Part shown: positions 18,316 to 27,091 of the stretch, piece by piece
Layout of the letters: each line of letters starts with the position of its first letter
How positions within the stretch are numbered: the first letter of the stretch is position 1
Assembly: GCA_018240695.1 (NCBI GenBank)
Contig: JAFEFH010000004.1
Coordinates: 1,032 to 65,031, forward strand
Length of the DNA: 64,000 nucleotides
Source: Pseudomonadota bacterium
GTDB taxonomy: Bacteria; Pseudomonadota; Alphaproteobacteria; Reyranellales; Reyranellaceae
Direction: 5' to 3'
Notes under the pieces: model-generated
The model's database searches: none
The model's input: the letters and a program-made list of their open reading frames with translations, nothing else
What the model was told of the DNA's origin: nothing
Program-made: the position numbers and the translations under genes

Positions 18316-19152
18316 ATGAGTCGTTCCCTGTCTTTGCGCGGCCGTTGGCGGCGCCTGATGCTTGGCCTGCCGACGGTGCTGGGCCTCACGCCCGGCGGCT
18401 GGTTCATCCCGCACCGCTATGCGCCGCTGCTCGCGCCTCCCGGCGCGCAGCCGCCCTATGCCGCGATCGAGGTGCTGTTCGAGGAGAAGAGCGCGGCGTT
18501 CGGCGCCATGCTCGACCTGCTCGATGGGCGCGCCGCCGAGTTCGAGGCCATGCGCGGCCTGTTCGACCAGGCCTGGTTCCCCTCGCTCGACGCCGCCATG
18601 GCCTACACGCTGGTGCGCGAGCGCAAGCCGCTGCGCATCGTCGAGATCGGCTCCGGCCATTCCACTCGCGTGCTGGCCAAGGCCTCGGCCGGCGTCGCCG
18701 AGATCCTGGCGATCGACCCCGCGCCCCGCGCCGACATCGCGGGCCTGCCGGGCGTCACCATCGTGCCGTCGACCCTCCAGGCCGCCCCGACCGACCTGTT
18801 CGATCGCCTGCAAGGCGGCGACCTGCTGTTCATCGATTCCAGCCATATCCTGATGCCGGGCAGCGACGTCGACTATCTGCTGAACCGCGTGCTGCCGCGC
18901 CTGCCGGCGCGCACGCTGGTCCACATCCACGACATCTACCTGCCGTTCGACTATCCCGCGATGTGGGGCTGGCGGAACTACAACGAGCAGCAGGGCGTGC
19001 TGCCGCTGCTGACCACCGGCGCCTACACGCCGCTGTTCTCGAGCGTGTGGGCGGAGCGGCGCCTCGGCGACCGCCTCGCGCGGTCGGTCGTGCCCCGCCT
19101 GCCGCGCCCGGCCGACGCGCTGGCCGCCAGTCTCTGGCTCGAGAAGCGCTGA
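18316..19152 (+). CDS. Class I SAM-dependent methyltransferase (Methyltransf_24-like)
   Basis: RIVEIGSGHST, LFIDSSH, HIHDIYLPFDYP, YNEQ motifs. Confidence 0.82.
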   Translation: MSRSLSLRGRWRRLMLGLPTVLGLTPGGWFIPHRYAPLLAPPGAQPPYAAIEVLFEEKSAAFGAMLDLLDGRAAEFEAMRGLFDQAWFPSLDAAMAYTLVRERKPLRIVEIGSGHSTRVLAKASAGVAEILAIDPAPRADIAGLPGVTIVPSTLQAAPTDLFDRLQGGDLLFIDSSHILMPGSDVDYLLNRVLPRLPARTLVHIHDIYLPFDYPAMWGWRNYNEQQGVLPLLTTGAYTPLFSSVWAERRLGDRLARSVVPRLPRPADALAASLWLEKR

Positions 19153-20507
19153 TGTTCGCGGCGCTCCGCGGCTGGTTGTTCGACAGCGGCGGCGCCGACA
19201 AGCTTCCCGAGCGCGTGCGCGAGGCGATCCGCCTCCAGCAGGAGCGCAGCGAGATCCTGATCGCCTGGATCCAGCTCGCCATCGTGGCGCTGGTCACCAC
19301 GGTCTACGAGACCAGCGCCATGCCCGAGGGCGTGGTGCAGTACGACTTCGCGTTCGAGACGCAGGTCTTCGCCACCTACGGCGTGTTCTGCGTGATCCGC
19401 CTGTTCCTCGCGTGGCGGCGCCTGCTGCGGCCGTGGATGCTCTATGTGTCCGTCGTGGCCGACATGGCGCTGCTGATGGGGTTGATCTTCTCGTTTCCGC
19501 TGAAATACGCCCAGCCGGCGGCTTTCTATCTGAAGGTGCCGACCCTTCTCTATGTCTTCCTGTTCATCGCGCTGCGGGCGCTGCGCTTCGAGGCGCGCTT
19601 CGTCGTCTTCACCGGCCTCGTCGCCGTCGCCGGCTGGATCGGCCTGGTGCTCTACGTCGAAAGCGGCAAGGGCGGCCCGCTCGACGTCCGCACCGACGAC
19701 TTCGTCGAGTACATGACCTCGAACTCCCTGCTGATCCACGCCGAGGTCGACAAGATCATCGCCATCCTGCTCACCACCGCGGTACTGGCCATCGCCATCG
19801 CGCGGGCGCGGCATCTGCTGGTTCGCGCGGTGAGCGAAGGGGCGGCGGCGCGCGACCTCTCGCGCTTCTTCGATCCCGACGTCGCCGACCGCATCCGTTC
19901 GGCGCATGTCTCGGTGAAGGCCGGCGAAGGCGAGCTGCGCGACGCCACGATCCTGACCGTCGACCTGCGCGGCTTCACGCGCCTCTCGGTCGAGCTGGCG
20001 CCGGCCGACGTGATGAAGCTGTTGCAGGACTATCAGGGCAGGGTCTGCCCCTTGATCGTCGCGAACGGCGGCAACATCGACAAGTTCCTGGGCGACGGCA
20101 TCCTGGCCTCCTTCGGCGCGGTCACTCCCTCATCGACCGCCGCCGCCGATGCGATGCGCGCAGCCGATGCCATCCTCGCCGCCACGGCGGTGTGGGCGGC
20201 GGAACGGCAAGCCGCCGGCCTCGCCCCGCTCGCGGTAGGCCTGGCGTTGACGGCCGGCCGGGTCGTGTTCGGCGCGGTGGGCGACGGCGAGCGGCTTGAA
20301 TTCACCGTGATCGGCGACGCCGTGAACCTCGCGGCCAAGCTCGAGAAGCACAACAAGGAAGAGAAGACGCAGGGCCTGACCGATGCCGCGACCTATGCCC
20401 TCGCCGAGCGCCAGGGCTATCGGGCCCCTCGGCCGCACGAGCACCGCGCGGGACGCGTCGTCGGCGGCGTGCCGGATTTGGTCGATATTGTGGTTTTAGG
20501 GACCTGA
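19152..20507 (+). CDS. Membrane-anchored class III adenylate/guanylate cyclase
   Basis: TGATG coupling; several TM helices; TVDLRGFT, DKFLGDG, FTVIGDAVNLAAKLE. Confidence 0.9.
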   Translation: MFAALRGWLFDSGGADKLPERVREAIRLQQERSEILIAWIQLAIVALVTTVYETSAMPEGVVQYDFAFETQVFATYGVFCVIRLFLAWRRLLRPWMLYVSVVADMALLMGLIFSFPLKYAQPAAFYLKVPTLLYVFLFIALRALRFEARFVVFTGLVAVAGWIGLVLYVESGKGGPLDVRTDDFVEYMTSNSLLIHAEVDKIIAILLTTAVLAIAIARARHLLVRAVSEGAAARDLSRFFDPDVADRIRSAHVSVKAGEGELRDATILTVDLRGFTRLSVELAPADVMKLLQDYQGRVCPLIVANGGNIDKFLGDGILASFGAVTPSSTAAADAMRAADAILAATAVWAAERQAAGLAPLAVGLALTAGRVVFGAVGDGERLEFTVIGDAVNLAAKLEKHNKEEKTQGLTDAATYALAERQGYRAPRPHEHRAGRVVGGVPDLVDIVVLGT

Positions 20508-20530
20508 CCGGGGGCCGGCAGCCCCGCTGC

Positions 20531-20559
20531 CTTGCCCTTTTCCCAATCGCAGCCTATGT
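20531..20559 (+). promoter_or_regulatory. Putative RpoH-type promoter of tim44-mltA
   Basis: CTTG-N18-CCTATGT, matching the alphaproteobacterial RpoH consensus CTTG-N17/18-CYTATNT. Confidence 0.55.
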
Positions 20560-20592
20560 AATTTCAAGTGGGTTTATCGCAGGCGGAAACTC

Positions 20593-21315
20593 GTGGGAAA
20601 TAACTACGACATCATCCTGATCGGGCTGGTCGCGGTCTTCTTGATCCTGCGACTGCGTTCCGTCCTCGGAAAGCGCACGGGCAACGAGCGTCCGCCGGCG
20701 CGCGACCCGTTCACGCCGCCCGCGCCGCCGTCCTCTCCGCAGCCGCGCCTGGGCGACGCGCCGTCGGGCAACGACAATGTCGTTCCGCTGCCGTCCTCGG
20801 GCGCGCCACGCACCTCCGCGCCGACCAGCGGTCCGGGCGGCATCCGCGCTACCGTGCTGCCGACGGCGTCGGCCGGCGTCAACGCGGTGCGCGCCGCCGA
20901 TCCTTCCTTCGATGCGCTGGGCTTCGCCGCCGGCGCGCGGGCGGCCTTCGGCACCATCGTCGAGGCTTTTGCGCGCGGTGATACAAACACGCTCCGGCCG
21001 CTGCTCGATCCGCCGACCTTCACCAGCTTCGACAACGAGATCCGCGCCCGCCTCGGGCGTCGTGAGAAGGTCGAGACGACGCTGATCGGCTTCGAGGCGT
21101 CCGATATCGCCGCCGCCGAGATGCAGGGCAGTTTCGCCGAAGTCACCGTCCGCTTCGTCACCGAGCAGATCAACGTCACGCGCGACGCCGAGGGCCAGGT
21201 GGCCGACGGCAATCCCAACGAGGTCGTGAAGGCGATCGACCTTTGGACGTTCCGCCGCGACACCAAGTCGAGCGATCCCAACTGGGTTCTGATCAAGACC
21301 GAAAGCGAAGGCTGA
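20593..21315 (+). CDS. Tim44/TimA-like adaptor protein
   Basis: GTG start; FLILRLRSVLGKRTG N-terminus; F...GARAAFGTIVEAFARGD, VRFVTEQ, DLWTFRRD...PNW. Confidence 0.9.
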   Translation: MGNNYDIILIGLVAVFLILRLRSVLGKRTGNERPPARDPFTPPAPPSSPQPRLGDAPSGNDNVVPLPSSGAPRTSAPTSGPGGIRATVLPTASAGVNAVRAADPSFDALGFAAGARAAFGTIVEAFARGDTNTLRPLLDPPTFTSFDNEIRARLGRREKVETTLIGFEASDIAAAEMQGSFAEVTVRFVTEQINVTRDAEGQVADGNPNEVVKAIDLWTFRRDTKSSDPNWVLIKTESEG

Positions 21316-21332
21316 AGGGGAGAGACGACCGA

Positions 21333-22433
21333 ATGCGCGGACTCTTTCCGGCCGGTGGCGTCGCACTTCTCGCAGCCGCCGGACTTCTCTCGGCCTGTGC
21401 CTCCACGACGCCGCGCGACGCGGCCAACACCGTCGCCATGGAGCCGATCTCCTTCAACGAGATTCCCGGATGGGCCGACGACCACCAGACCGAGGCGCTG
21501 AACGCCTTCCGTCGCTCCTGCACCAAGCTGGTGAGCGGTGCCGATACGCGCATCTCGACCGACGGCGCCGCCAAGGTCGTGACCGCCGCTGAGTGGAAAG
21601 GCATCTGCGCCGCCGCCAACGAAGTGAAGGACGGCGACAACCGCGCCGCCCGCGCCTTCTTCGAGAACAATTTCCGGCCGCTCGAGGTCAAGGTACCGGC
21701 CAAGTTCACCGGCTACTTCGAGCCCGAGATGCGCGGCAGCCGCGCGCCGTCGCGCATCTTCAACGTGCCGGTCTATCGCCGTCCGCCCGACCTCACCGAC
21801 CAGCCGTTCCTCACCCGCGCCGAGATCGAGCAGGGCGCGCTGAAGGGCAAGGGGCTGGAAATCCTCTGGGTGCAGGACCCGGTGGCCCTGTTCGAGGTCC
21901 AGGTGCAGGGCAGCGGCCGCGTGCATCTGGCCGAAGGCGGCACGATCAGCCTCGGCTTCGACGGCTCCAACAACCGCCCCTATACCGCCATCGGCAACAC
22001 GCTGGTCGAGATGGGCGTGCTCCAGAAGGACAAGGCGACCTGGCCCGCGATCAAGGCGTGGTTGAAGCGCAACCCGATCAAGGGTCGCGACGTCATGCGC
22101 AAGAACGAGCGCTATATCTTCTTCAAGGACACGAAGACGGCCGCCGCCGTGGGCTCGCAGGGCGTGCCGCTCACCGCGCAGCGCAGCCTCGCCATCGACA
22201 CGACGTACGTGCCCTACGGCACGCCGGTCTGGATCGAGACGACTCGGCCGGTCTACAACAAGCCCACGACGGAGTCCTACCGCCATCTCATGATCGCGCA
22301 GGACAGCGGCGCGGCCATCAAGGGACCGGCGCGCGGCGACATCTTCTTCGGCAGCAACGCGCAGGCCGCCGACTGGGCCGGCCGCATGGTCGCGGGCGGC
22401 CGGGCGATCATCCTGGTCCCCAACAAGGGCTAA
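21333..22433 (+). CDS. mltA: Membrane-bound lytic murein transglycosylase A
   Basis: Lipobox LSAC; FTGYFEP, QVQGSG, RYIFF, RSLAID, AQDSGAAIKG...RGDIFFG. Confidence 0.93.
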   Translation: MRGLFPAGGVALLAAAGLLSACASTTPRDAANTVAMEPISFNEIPGWADDHQTEALNAFRRSCTKLVSGADTRISTDGAAKVVTAAEWKGICAAANEVKDGDNRAARAFFENNFRPLEVKVPAKFTGYFEPEMRGSRAPSRIFNVPVYRRPPDLTDQPFLTRAEIEQGALKGKGLEILWVQDPVALFEVQVQGSGRVHLAEGGTISLGFDGSNNRPYTAIGNTLVEMGVLQKDKATWPAIKAWLKRNPIKGRDVMRKNERYIFFKDTKTAAAVGSQGVPLTAQRSLAIDTTYVPYGTPVWIETTRPVYNKPTTESYRHLMIAQDSGAAIKGPARGDIFFGSNAQAADWAGRMVAGGRAIILVPNKG

Positions 22434-23215
22434 TGCGGCGCGGCCGGCGGCGCGCCGTCGGTCTTCTGTCCGGCCATGTAGCGATAGAGCGCGACCAGCC
22501 GGTTGACGTAGGGCGAGGCGCTGCGCACGGCGAGGAAGTCCGATCCTTGGCCGACGCCGATCGTCTGGAAATAGGTCCAGTCCTGCGGCCCGCGACGTTC
22601 GATCACCATCGCCGTCTTGAGCGCGCCGGGTTCGAACACGGTGAACAGCGCGGCGCGCACCGGTGTCACGTTCTCGGTGGTGATCTCGGCGCGATCGGCG
22701 GTGTGCTGGCGCACCGTCAGGTGATGGATCGTGCGGCCCGCGCGGCCGATCTCGTAGTAGTAGAAGTCGCGGCCGGCGACGAAGTCCTCGGCCTTCATAT
22801 CCGGATAGGTGTAGGCGGCGTTCGGCCCGTCGGTGAAGCCTGCCTGGCTGACGAACTCCTCCCAACCCTGATGCAGGATCGACCAGAAGCGGATCGACTT
22901 GTACTGCGACAGCGCCCCATAGCGCACGAGCAGCGCGTCGAGCGACGACGCGGGAATGGCCGCGGACAAGGCCGTCGCCATCCGCATCTTGCCGGCATTC
23001 CAGTGCAGGCACGGCGCATGCTGCCACGCCGCCTTCTCGAGATCGGCTTCGGACCAGGTGCCGATGGCCGGTGACCCGCCGGACGTGGCCAGCGGCTGAG
23101 GCGGGCTCTCGCCACATGGGGGATGAGGGACGAAGCCTTGGAACGCGGTCTGCGCGCCGGCCGCACCGGGCGCGAGCGTCACGATCAGGGCGAGGAGAAG
23201 GATGGACCGCTTCAC
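22430..23215 (-). CDS. Secreted hypothetical protein
   Basis: Signal peptide MKRSILLLALIVTLAPGAAGA; GC3-rich codon pattern; 4-nt convergent overlap with mltA. Confidence 0.7.
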   Translation of the reverse strand: MKRSILLLALIVTLAPGAAGAQTAFQGFVPHPPCGESPPQPLATSGGSPAIGTWSEADLEKAAWQHAPCLHWNAGKMRMATALSAAIPASSLDALLVRYGALSQYKSIRFWSILHQGWEEFVSQAGFTDGPNAAYTYPDMKAEDFVAGRDFYYYEIGRAGRTIHHLTVRQHTADRAEITTENVTPVRAALFTVFEPGALKTAMVIERRGPQDWTYFQTIGVGQGSDFLAVRSASPYVNRLVALYRYMAGQKTDGAPPAAPH

Positions 23216-23344
23216 GCCGGAGATAATGCCACGGCCGAGGGTGCCGTTGCCTGCTCGGCGCCGATCACGTTCGCGCGCGAATAATTAGGACTGTTCTAAA
23301 CAACCCCCGTTGCACGTGATTTTGCACGCTGCCATGGTGCCCGC

Positions 23345-24139
23345 GTGTCCATCTCGCCGTCCCGCTCCACCCATCCGCGCCGTGTCGCGCTGTTCGTCAC
23401 CTGCCTGGTCGACCTGTTCCGGCCCTCGGTCGGCTTTGCCGCGATCAAGTTGCTGGAAGACGCCGGTTGCAGCGTCGAGGTTCCGCCATTGCAGGTGTGC
23501 TGCGGTCAGCCCGCCTACAATTCCGGCGATCGCGAGACCACCCGCGCCATCGCCACGCAGATCATCGACGCCTTCGAGGGCTACGAGGCCGTGGTCGCCC
23601 CCTCCGGCTCGTGCGGCGGCATGCTCTCCCATCACTATCCCGGCCTGTTCGACGACGACCCTGCGATGAAGGCGCGGGCGGAGAACCTGGCCGGCCGCAG
23701 CTTCGAACTGATGTCGTTCCTGGTCGATGTGCTGGGCGTCGAAAAAGTCGCCGCCCACTATGACGGCACCGTCACCTATCACGACTCCTGCTCGGGTCTG
23801 CGCGAGCTCGGCGTGAAGGTGCAGCCGCGCCGGTTGCTCAATTCGGTCGAGGGACTTCGCTTTTGCGAGATGAAGACGCCAGAGGTCTGCTGCGGATTCG
23901 GTGGCACCTTTTGTGTGAAATATCCTGAAATATCGAATGCCATGGTCGGCGAAAAATCGGCCGATATCCTGAACACCGGTGCGCAGACGTTGCTGGCGGG
24001 CGATCTCGGCTGCCTGATGAACATGGCCGGCAAGTTGCAGCGCGAAGGCAGCCCTGTGCAGGTGCGGCATGTGGCCGAAGTGCTGGCCGACATGGGCAAT
24101 CTCGCGCCGATCGGTGCGCCGGACGAGGGCAAACGCTGA
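23345..24139 (+). CDS. lutA: Lactate utilisation protein A (CCG-domain Fe-S protein)
   Basis: LFVTCLVD, QVCCGQPAYNSG, TYHDSCSGLR, CCGFGGTFCVK, DLGCLMN. Confidence 0.92.
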   Translation: MSISPSRSTHPRRVALFVTCLVDLFRPSVGFAAIKLLEDAGCSVEVPPLQVCCGQPAYNSGDRETTRAIATQIIDAFEGYEAVVAPSGSCGGMLSHHYPGLFDDDPAMKARAENLAGRSFELMSFLVDVLGVEKVAAHYDGTVTYHDSCSGLRELGVKVQPRRLLNSVEGLRFCEMKTPEVCCGFGGTFCVKYPEISNAMVGEKSADILNTGAQTLLAGDLGCLMNMAGKLQREGSPVQVRHVAEVLADMGNLAPIGAPDEGKR

Positions 24140-25572
24140 TGCAGTCGACCGCCCACGACTTCAAGGACAATGTCGGCGCGGCGCTGGCCAATCCCAATCT
24201 CCAGGAATCGCTCACCATGCTGAAGGTGGGCTTCTCGGAGCGGCGGCGGCTGGCCGCCGAGCGGCTGCCGGAGTTCGAGGCGCTGCGCGACCGCGCGCGC
24301 GACATCAAGAACCACGCGCTCGCCAACCTCGACTTCTACCTCGAGGAGTTCGAGCGCAAGGTGATCGGCCTGGGCGGCCATGTGCACTGGGCGCCGACCG
24401 CGGCCGACGCGCGGCGCATCATCGCCGAGCTGTGCCAGAGCGTGGGCGCGCGCACGGTCGCCAAATCCAAGTCGATGGTCGCCGAGGAGATCGCGCTCAA
24501 CGAACATCTCGAGGCGATCGGCATCGCCCCGATCGAGACCGACCTCGGCGAGTACATCATCCAGCTGCGCAACGAGCCGCCCAGCCACATCATCGCGCCG
24601 GCCGTCCACCTGACCAAGGACCAGGTCGCCGATACGTTCCTCGAGCACCACACGCCGCTCGGCTTCACCAAGCGCCTGACCGAGCGTAACGATCTTGTCG
24701 CCGAGGCGCGCTATGTGCTGCGCCAGAAGTTCCTCGACGCCGATGTCGGCCTCACGGGCGCGAATTTCCTGGTGGCCGAGACCGGCTCGTCGATGCTGGT
24801 GACCAACGAGGGCAATGCGGACCTGTCGAACACGCTGCCCAAGATGCACATCGTGCTGGCAACCATCGAGAAGGTGATCCCGACACTCGAGGATGCGGCC
24901 GTCCTGCTGCGCGTGCTGGCGCGCTCGGCGACCGGCCAGGAGTCCTCGGCATACACGACGCTCAACACCGGGCCCAAGCGCGCGGGCGATCTCGACGGCC
25001 CGTCGGCCTATCACGTCGTCATCCTCGACAACGGCCGCTCGAACGTGCTGGGCACGGAGATGCAGGAGATCCTGCGCTGCATCCGCTGCGGCGCCTGCAT
25101 GAACCATTGCCCGGTCTACGGCGCCGTCGGCGGCCACGCCTATGGCTGGGTCTATCCCGGCCCGATGGGCGCCGTGCTGACGCCGCAGCTGATCGGCGTC
25201 GAGGAAGCGAGCAACCTGCCCAACGCCTCGACTTTCTGCGGCCGCTGCGAGAGCGTCTGTCCGGTGCGCATCCCGCTGCCCAAGCTGATGCGGCACTGGC
25301 GAGAGCGCGAGTTCGAGCGGCATCTGACGCCCAAGGCGGTGCGCCAGGGACTGGCGCTCTGGGGCTTCCTGGCGCGCCGGCCGAAGCTCTATCGCCGACT
25401 CACCGGCATCGCCAATCGTGTGCTGGCGCTGTTCGGACGCGCCGAGGGCCGTTACGGCGCCCTACCTCTGGCCGGCGGCTGGACGCGCTTCCGCGACTTC
25501 CCGGCTCCGCAACCGGGAGGAACGTTCCATTCGCAGTGGGCGCGCCACGGCGGCACGCGGACCCGGCCATGA
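24139..25572 (+). CDS. lutB: Lactate utilisation protein B (LUD + 4Fe-4S)
   Basis: ETDLGEYIIQL, PSHIIAPAVH, RSATGQ, LRCIRCGACMNHCPVY, STFCGRCESVCPV. Confidence 0.94.
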   Translation: MQSTAHDFKDNVGAALANPNLQESLTMLKVGFSERRRLAAERLPEFEALRDRARDIKNHALANLDFYLEEFERKVIGLGGHVHWAPTAADARRIIAELCQSVGARTVAKSKSMVAEEIALNEHLEAIGIAPIETDLGEYIIQLRNEPPSHIIAPAVHLTKDQVADTFLEHHTPLGFTKRLTERNDLVAEARYVLRQKFLDADVGLTGANFLVAETGSSMLVTNEGNADLSNTLPKMHIVLATIEKVIPTLEDAAVLLRVLARSATGQESSAYTTLNTGPKRAGDLDGPSAYHVVILDNGRSNVLGTEMQEILRCIRCGACMNHCPVYGAVGGHAYGWVYPGPMGAVLTPQLIGVEEASNLPNASTFCGRCESVCPVRIPLPKLMRHWREREFERHLTPKAVRQGLALWGFLARRPKLYRRLTGIANRVLALFGRAEGRYGALPLAGGWTRFRDFPAPQPGGTFHSQWARHGGTRTRP

Positions 25573-26255
25573 GCGGCTCCCACGACGACGCCCGCGCGCA
25601 GATCCTGGGCGGCATCCGCCGCTCGCTGCATCGTGGCGAATTGTCGGGTGGCCCGCGTCAGGCCGTCGAGGCACGGCTGGCCGCGCCGCCGCGCGGACCC
25701 GATGTGGCACGGGCGCGGCTCGCGCAGCCCGAGAAGGTCGAGCTGTTCTGCCAATGGGCCGAGGCCAACAACGCGACCGTCGCGCGCGTCGCCGCGGGCG
25801 ATGTGCCGGGCGAAGTCACCGCCTATCTCGCGCGCAACAACCTGCCGGCGCGCGCGGCGATGGCGCCCTCCCCCCAGCTCGACGGTTTCGACTGGGCCGG
25901 CCAGAAGATGCTGTCGTTGCGCCGCGGCCGCGGCGAAGGCAGCGACCAGGTGTCGATCACCGGTGCCTTTGCCGCGATCGCCGAGACCGGCACGCTGGTC
26001 ATGGCGTCGGGCCCCGAGCATCCGGTGACGCTCAATCTCCTGCCCGACACCCACATCGTCGTGCTGCGCGAGGCCGACATCGTGGGCGGCTACGAGGATG
26101 TGTGGGAGCGGCTGCGCGCGCGCTACGGCAAGGACCGCATGCCGCGCACGGTCAACACCATCACCGGCCCGTCGCGCACCGGCGACATCGAGCAGGCCAT
26201 GGAGCTGGGCGCGCACGGGCCGCGCCGCATGCACATCGTCGTGGTGCGCGAGTGA
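25569..26255 (+). CDS. lutC: Lactate utilisation protein C (LUD domain)
   Basis: ATG 25569 overlaps the lutB stop; AIAETGTL, ITGPSRTGDIE...GAHGP. Confidence 0.92.
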   Translation: MSGSHDDARAQILGGIRRSLHRGELSGGPRQAVEARLAAPPRGPDVARARLAQPEKVELFCQWAEANNATVARVAAGDVPGEVTAYLARNNLPARAAMAPSPQLDGFDWAGQKMLSLRRGRGEGSDQVSITGAFAAIAETGTLVMASGPEHPVTLNLLPDTHIVVLREADIVGGYEDVWERLRARYGKDRMPRTVNTITGPSRTGDIEQAMELGAHGPRRMHIVVVRE

Positions 26256-27016
26256 CGGTCGCCGGCGGCGTCTCTCCCTCGGATCACAAGGGTGAGCTTC
26301 GCGTCGTCGGCACGAGCGTCACGCGCGAGGTCGAGTTGCTGCTCGACAGGCTCGCGGCCGCGACGGGCAAGCGCGCGCTGCGCGTCCTGCAGGTCGGTTC
26401 GCGCTCCCTTGTCTCCGATCGCAACGAGCGCAACTGGCGCGCTCTGCTCACCAGGCGCTTCGGCGAGCGCGCGACCTTCATCGGCATCGACCTGTTCGAA
26501 GGCAGCAACGTCGACGAGCTGCTCGACATTTGCAGTCCGCCCAAGGCCCTGAAGGCCGCGCTCGGCGAGGAACCGTTCGACCTCGTGATCTGCTGCCACG
26601 TGCTCGAGCACACGCGCGACCCGATGCGGGCGGCGCGCAACATCGAGAGCGTGCTGCGGCCGGGCGGCCTCGCGTTCGTCGCCACCCCCTGGTCGCAGGC
26701 GTTCCACGCCACGCCGGACGATTATTGGCGCTTCTCGGTGCGCGGGCTGATGCTGATGTTCGAAGGGCTCGAGATCCTGTCGGCCTTCTACAGCGGCGGC
26801 GACGTCGGGCTCGACGTCGCCTATCGCGTCGAGCGCGACGGCAAGCCGGAGCTCGATTCACGGGCCGGCGCCGTCGAGCAGGGACTGTTCCAGCTCGTCC
26901 TCGACCACGAGGACAATCGCGCCGTACTGGCCCGCCAGGCGACGGAGCGCCTCCCGGTGTCGCGGACCTACATGCCGACGCTGTTCGTCAACGTCGTGGG
27001 CCGCAAGTCCGCCTGA
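26252..27016 (+). CDS. Methyltransferase-domain protein
   Basis: GTG start overlaps the lutC stop; RVLQVGS, FIGIDLFEG, FDLVICCHVLEH, VLRPGG, DYWRFS. Confidence 0.78.
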   Translation: MTVAGGVSPSDHKGELRVVGTSVTREVELLLDRLAAATGKRALRVLQVGSRSLVSDRNERNWRALLTRRFGERATFIGIDLFEGSNVDELLDICSPPKALKAALGEEPFDLVICCHVLEHTRDPMRAARNIESVLRPGGLAFVATPWSQAFHATPDDYWRFSVRGLMLMFEGLEILSAFYSGGDVGLDVAYRVERDGKPELDSRAGAVEQGLFQLVLDHEDNRAVLARQATERLPVSRTYMPTLFVNVVGRKSA

Positions 27017-27041
27017 TCCGGCAAAGTCTGGCGCACAAATG

Positions 27042-27066
27042 AAAAGAGCGGGCTTTCGCCCGCTCT
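27042..27066 (-). terminator. Rho-independent terminator of the porin gene
   Basis: agagcgggc-tttc-gcccgctct stem followed by TTTT on the minus strand, 25 nt after the porin stop. Confidence 0.8.
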
Positions 27067-27091
27067 CTCCGTTTCGATCCAGTCGTAGAGA

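Noticed and set aside
23310-23326. Sigma54-like TTGCACG...TTGCA upstream of lutA
   Set aside because: Lacks the -24 GG and the spacing to GC is 11 nt rather than 10
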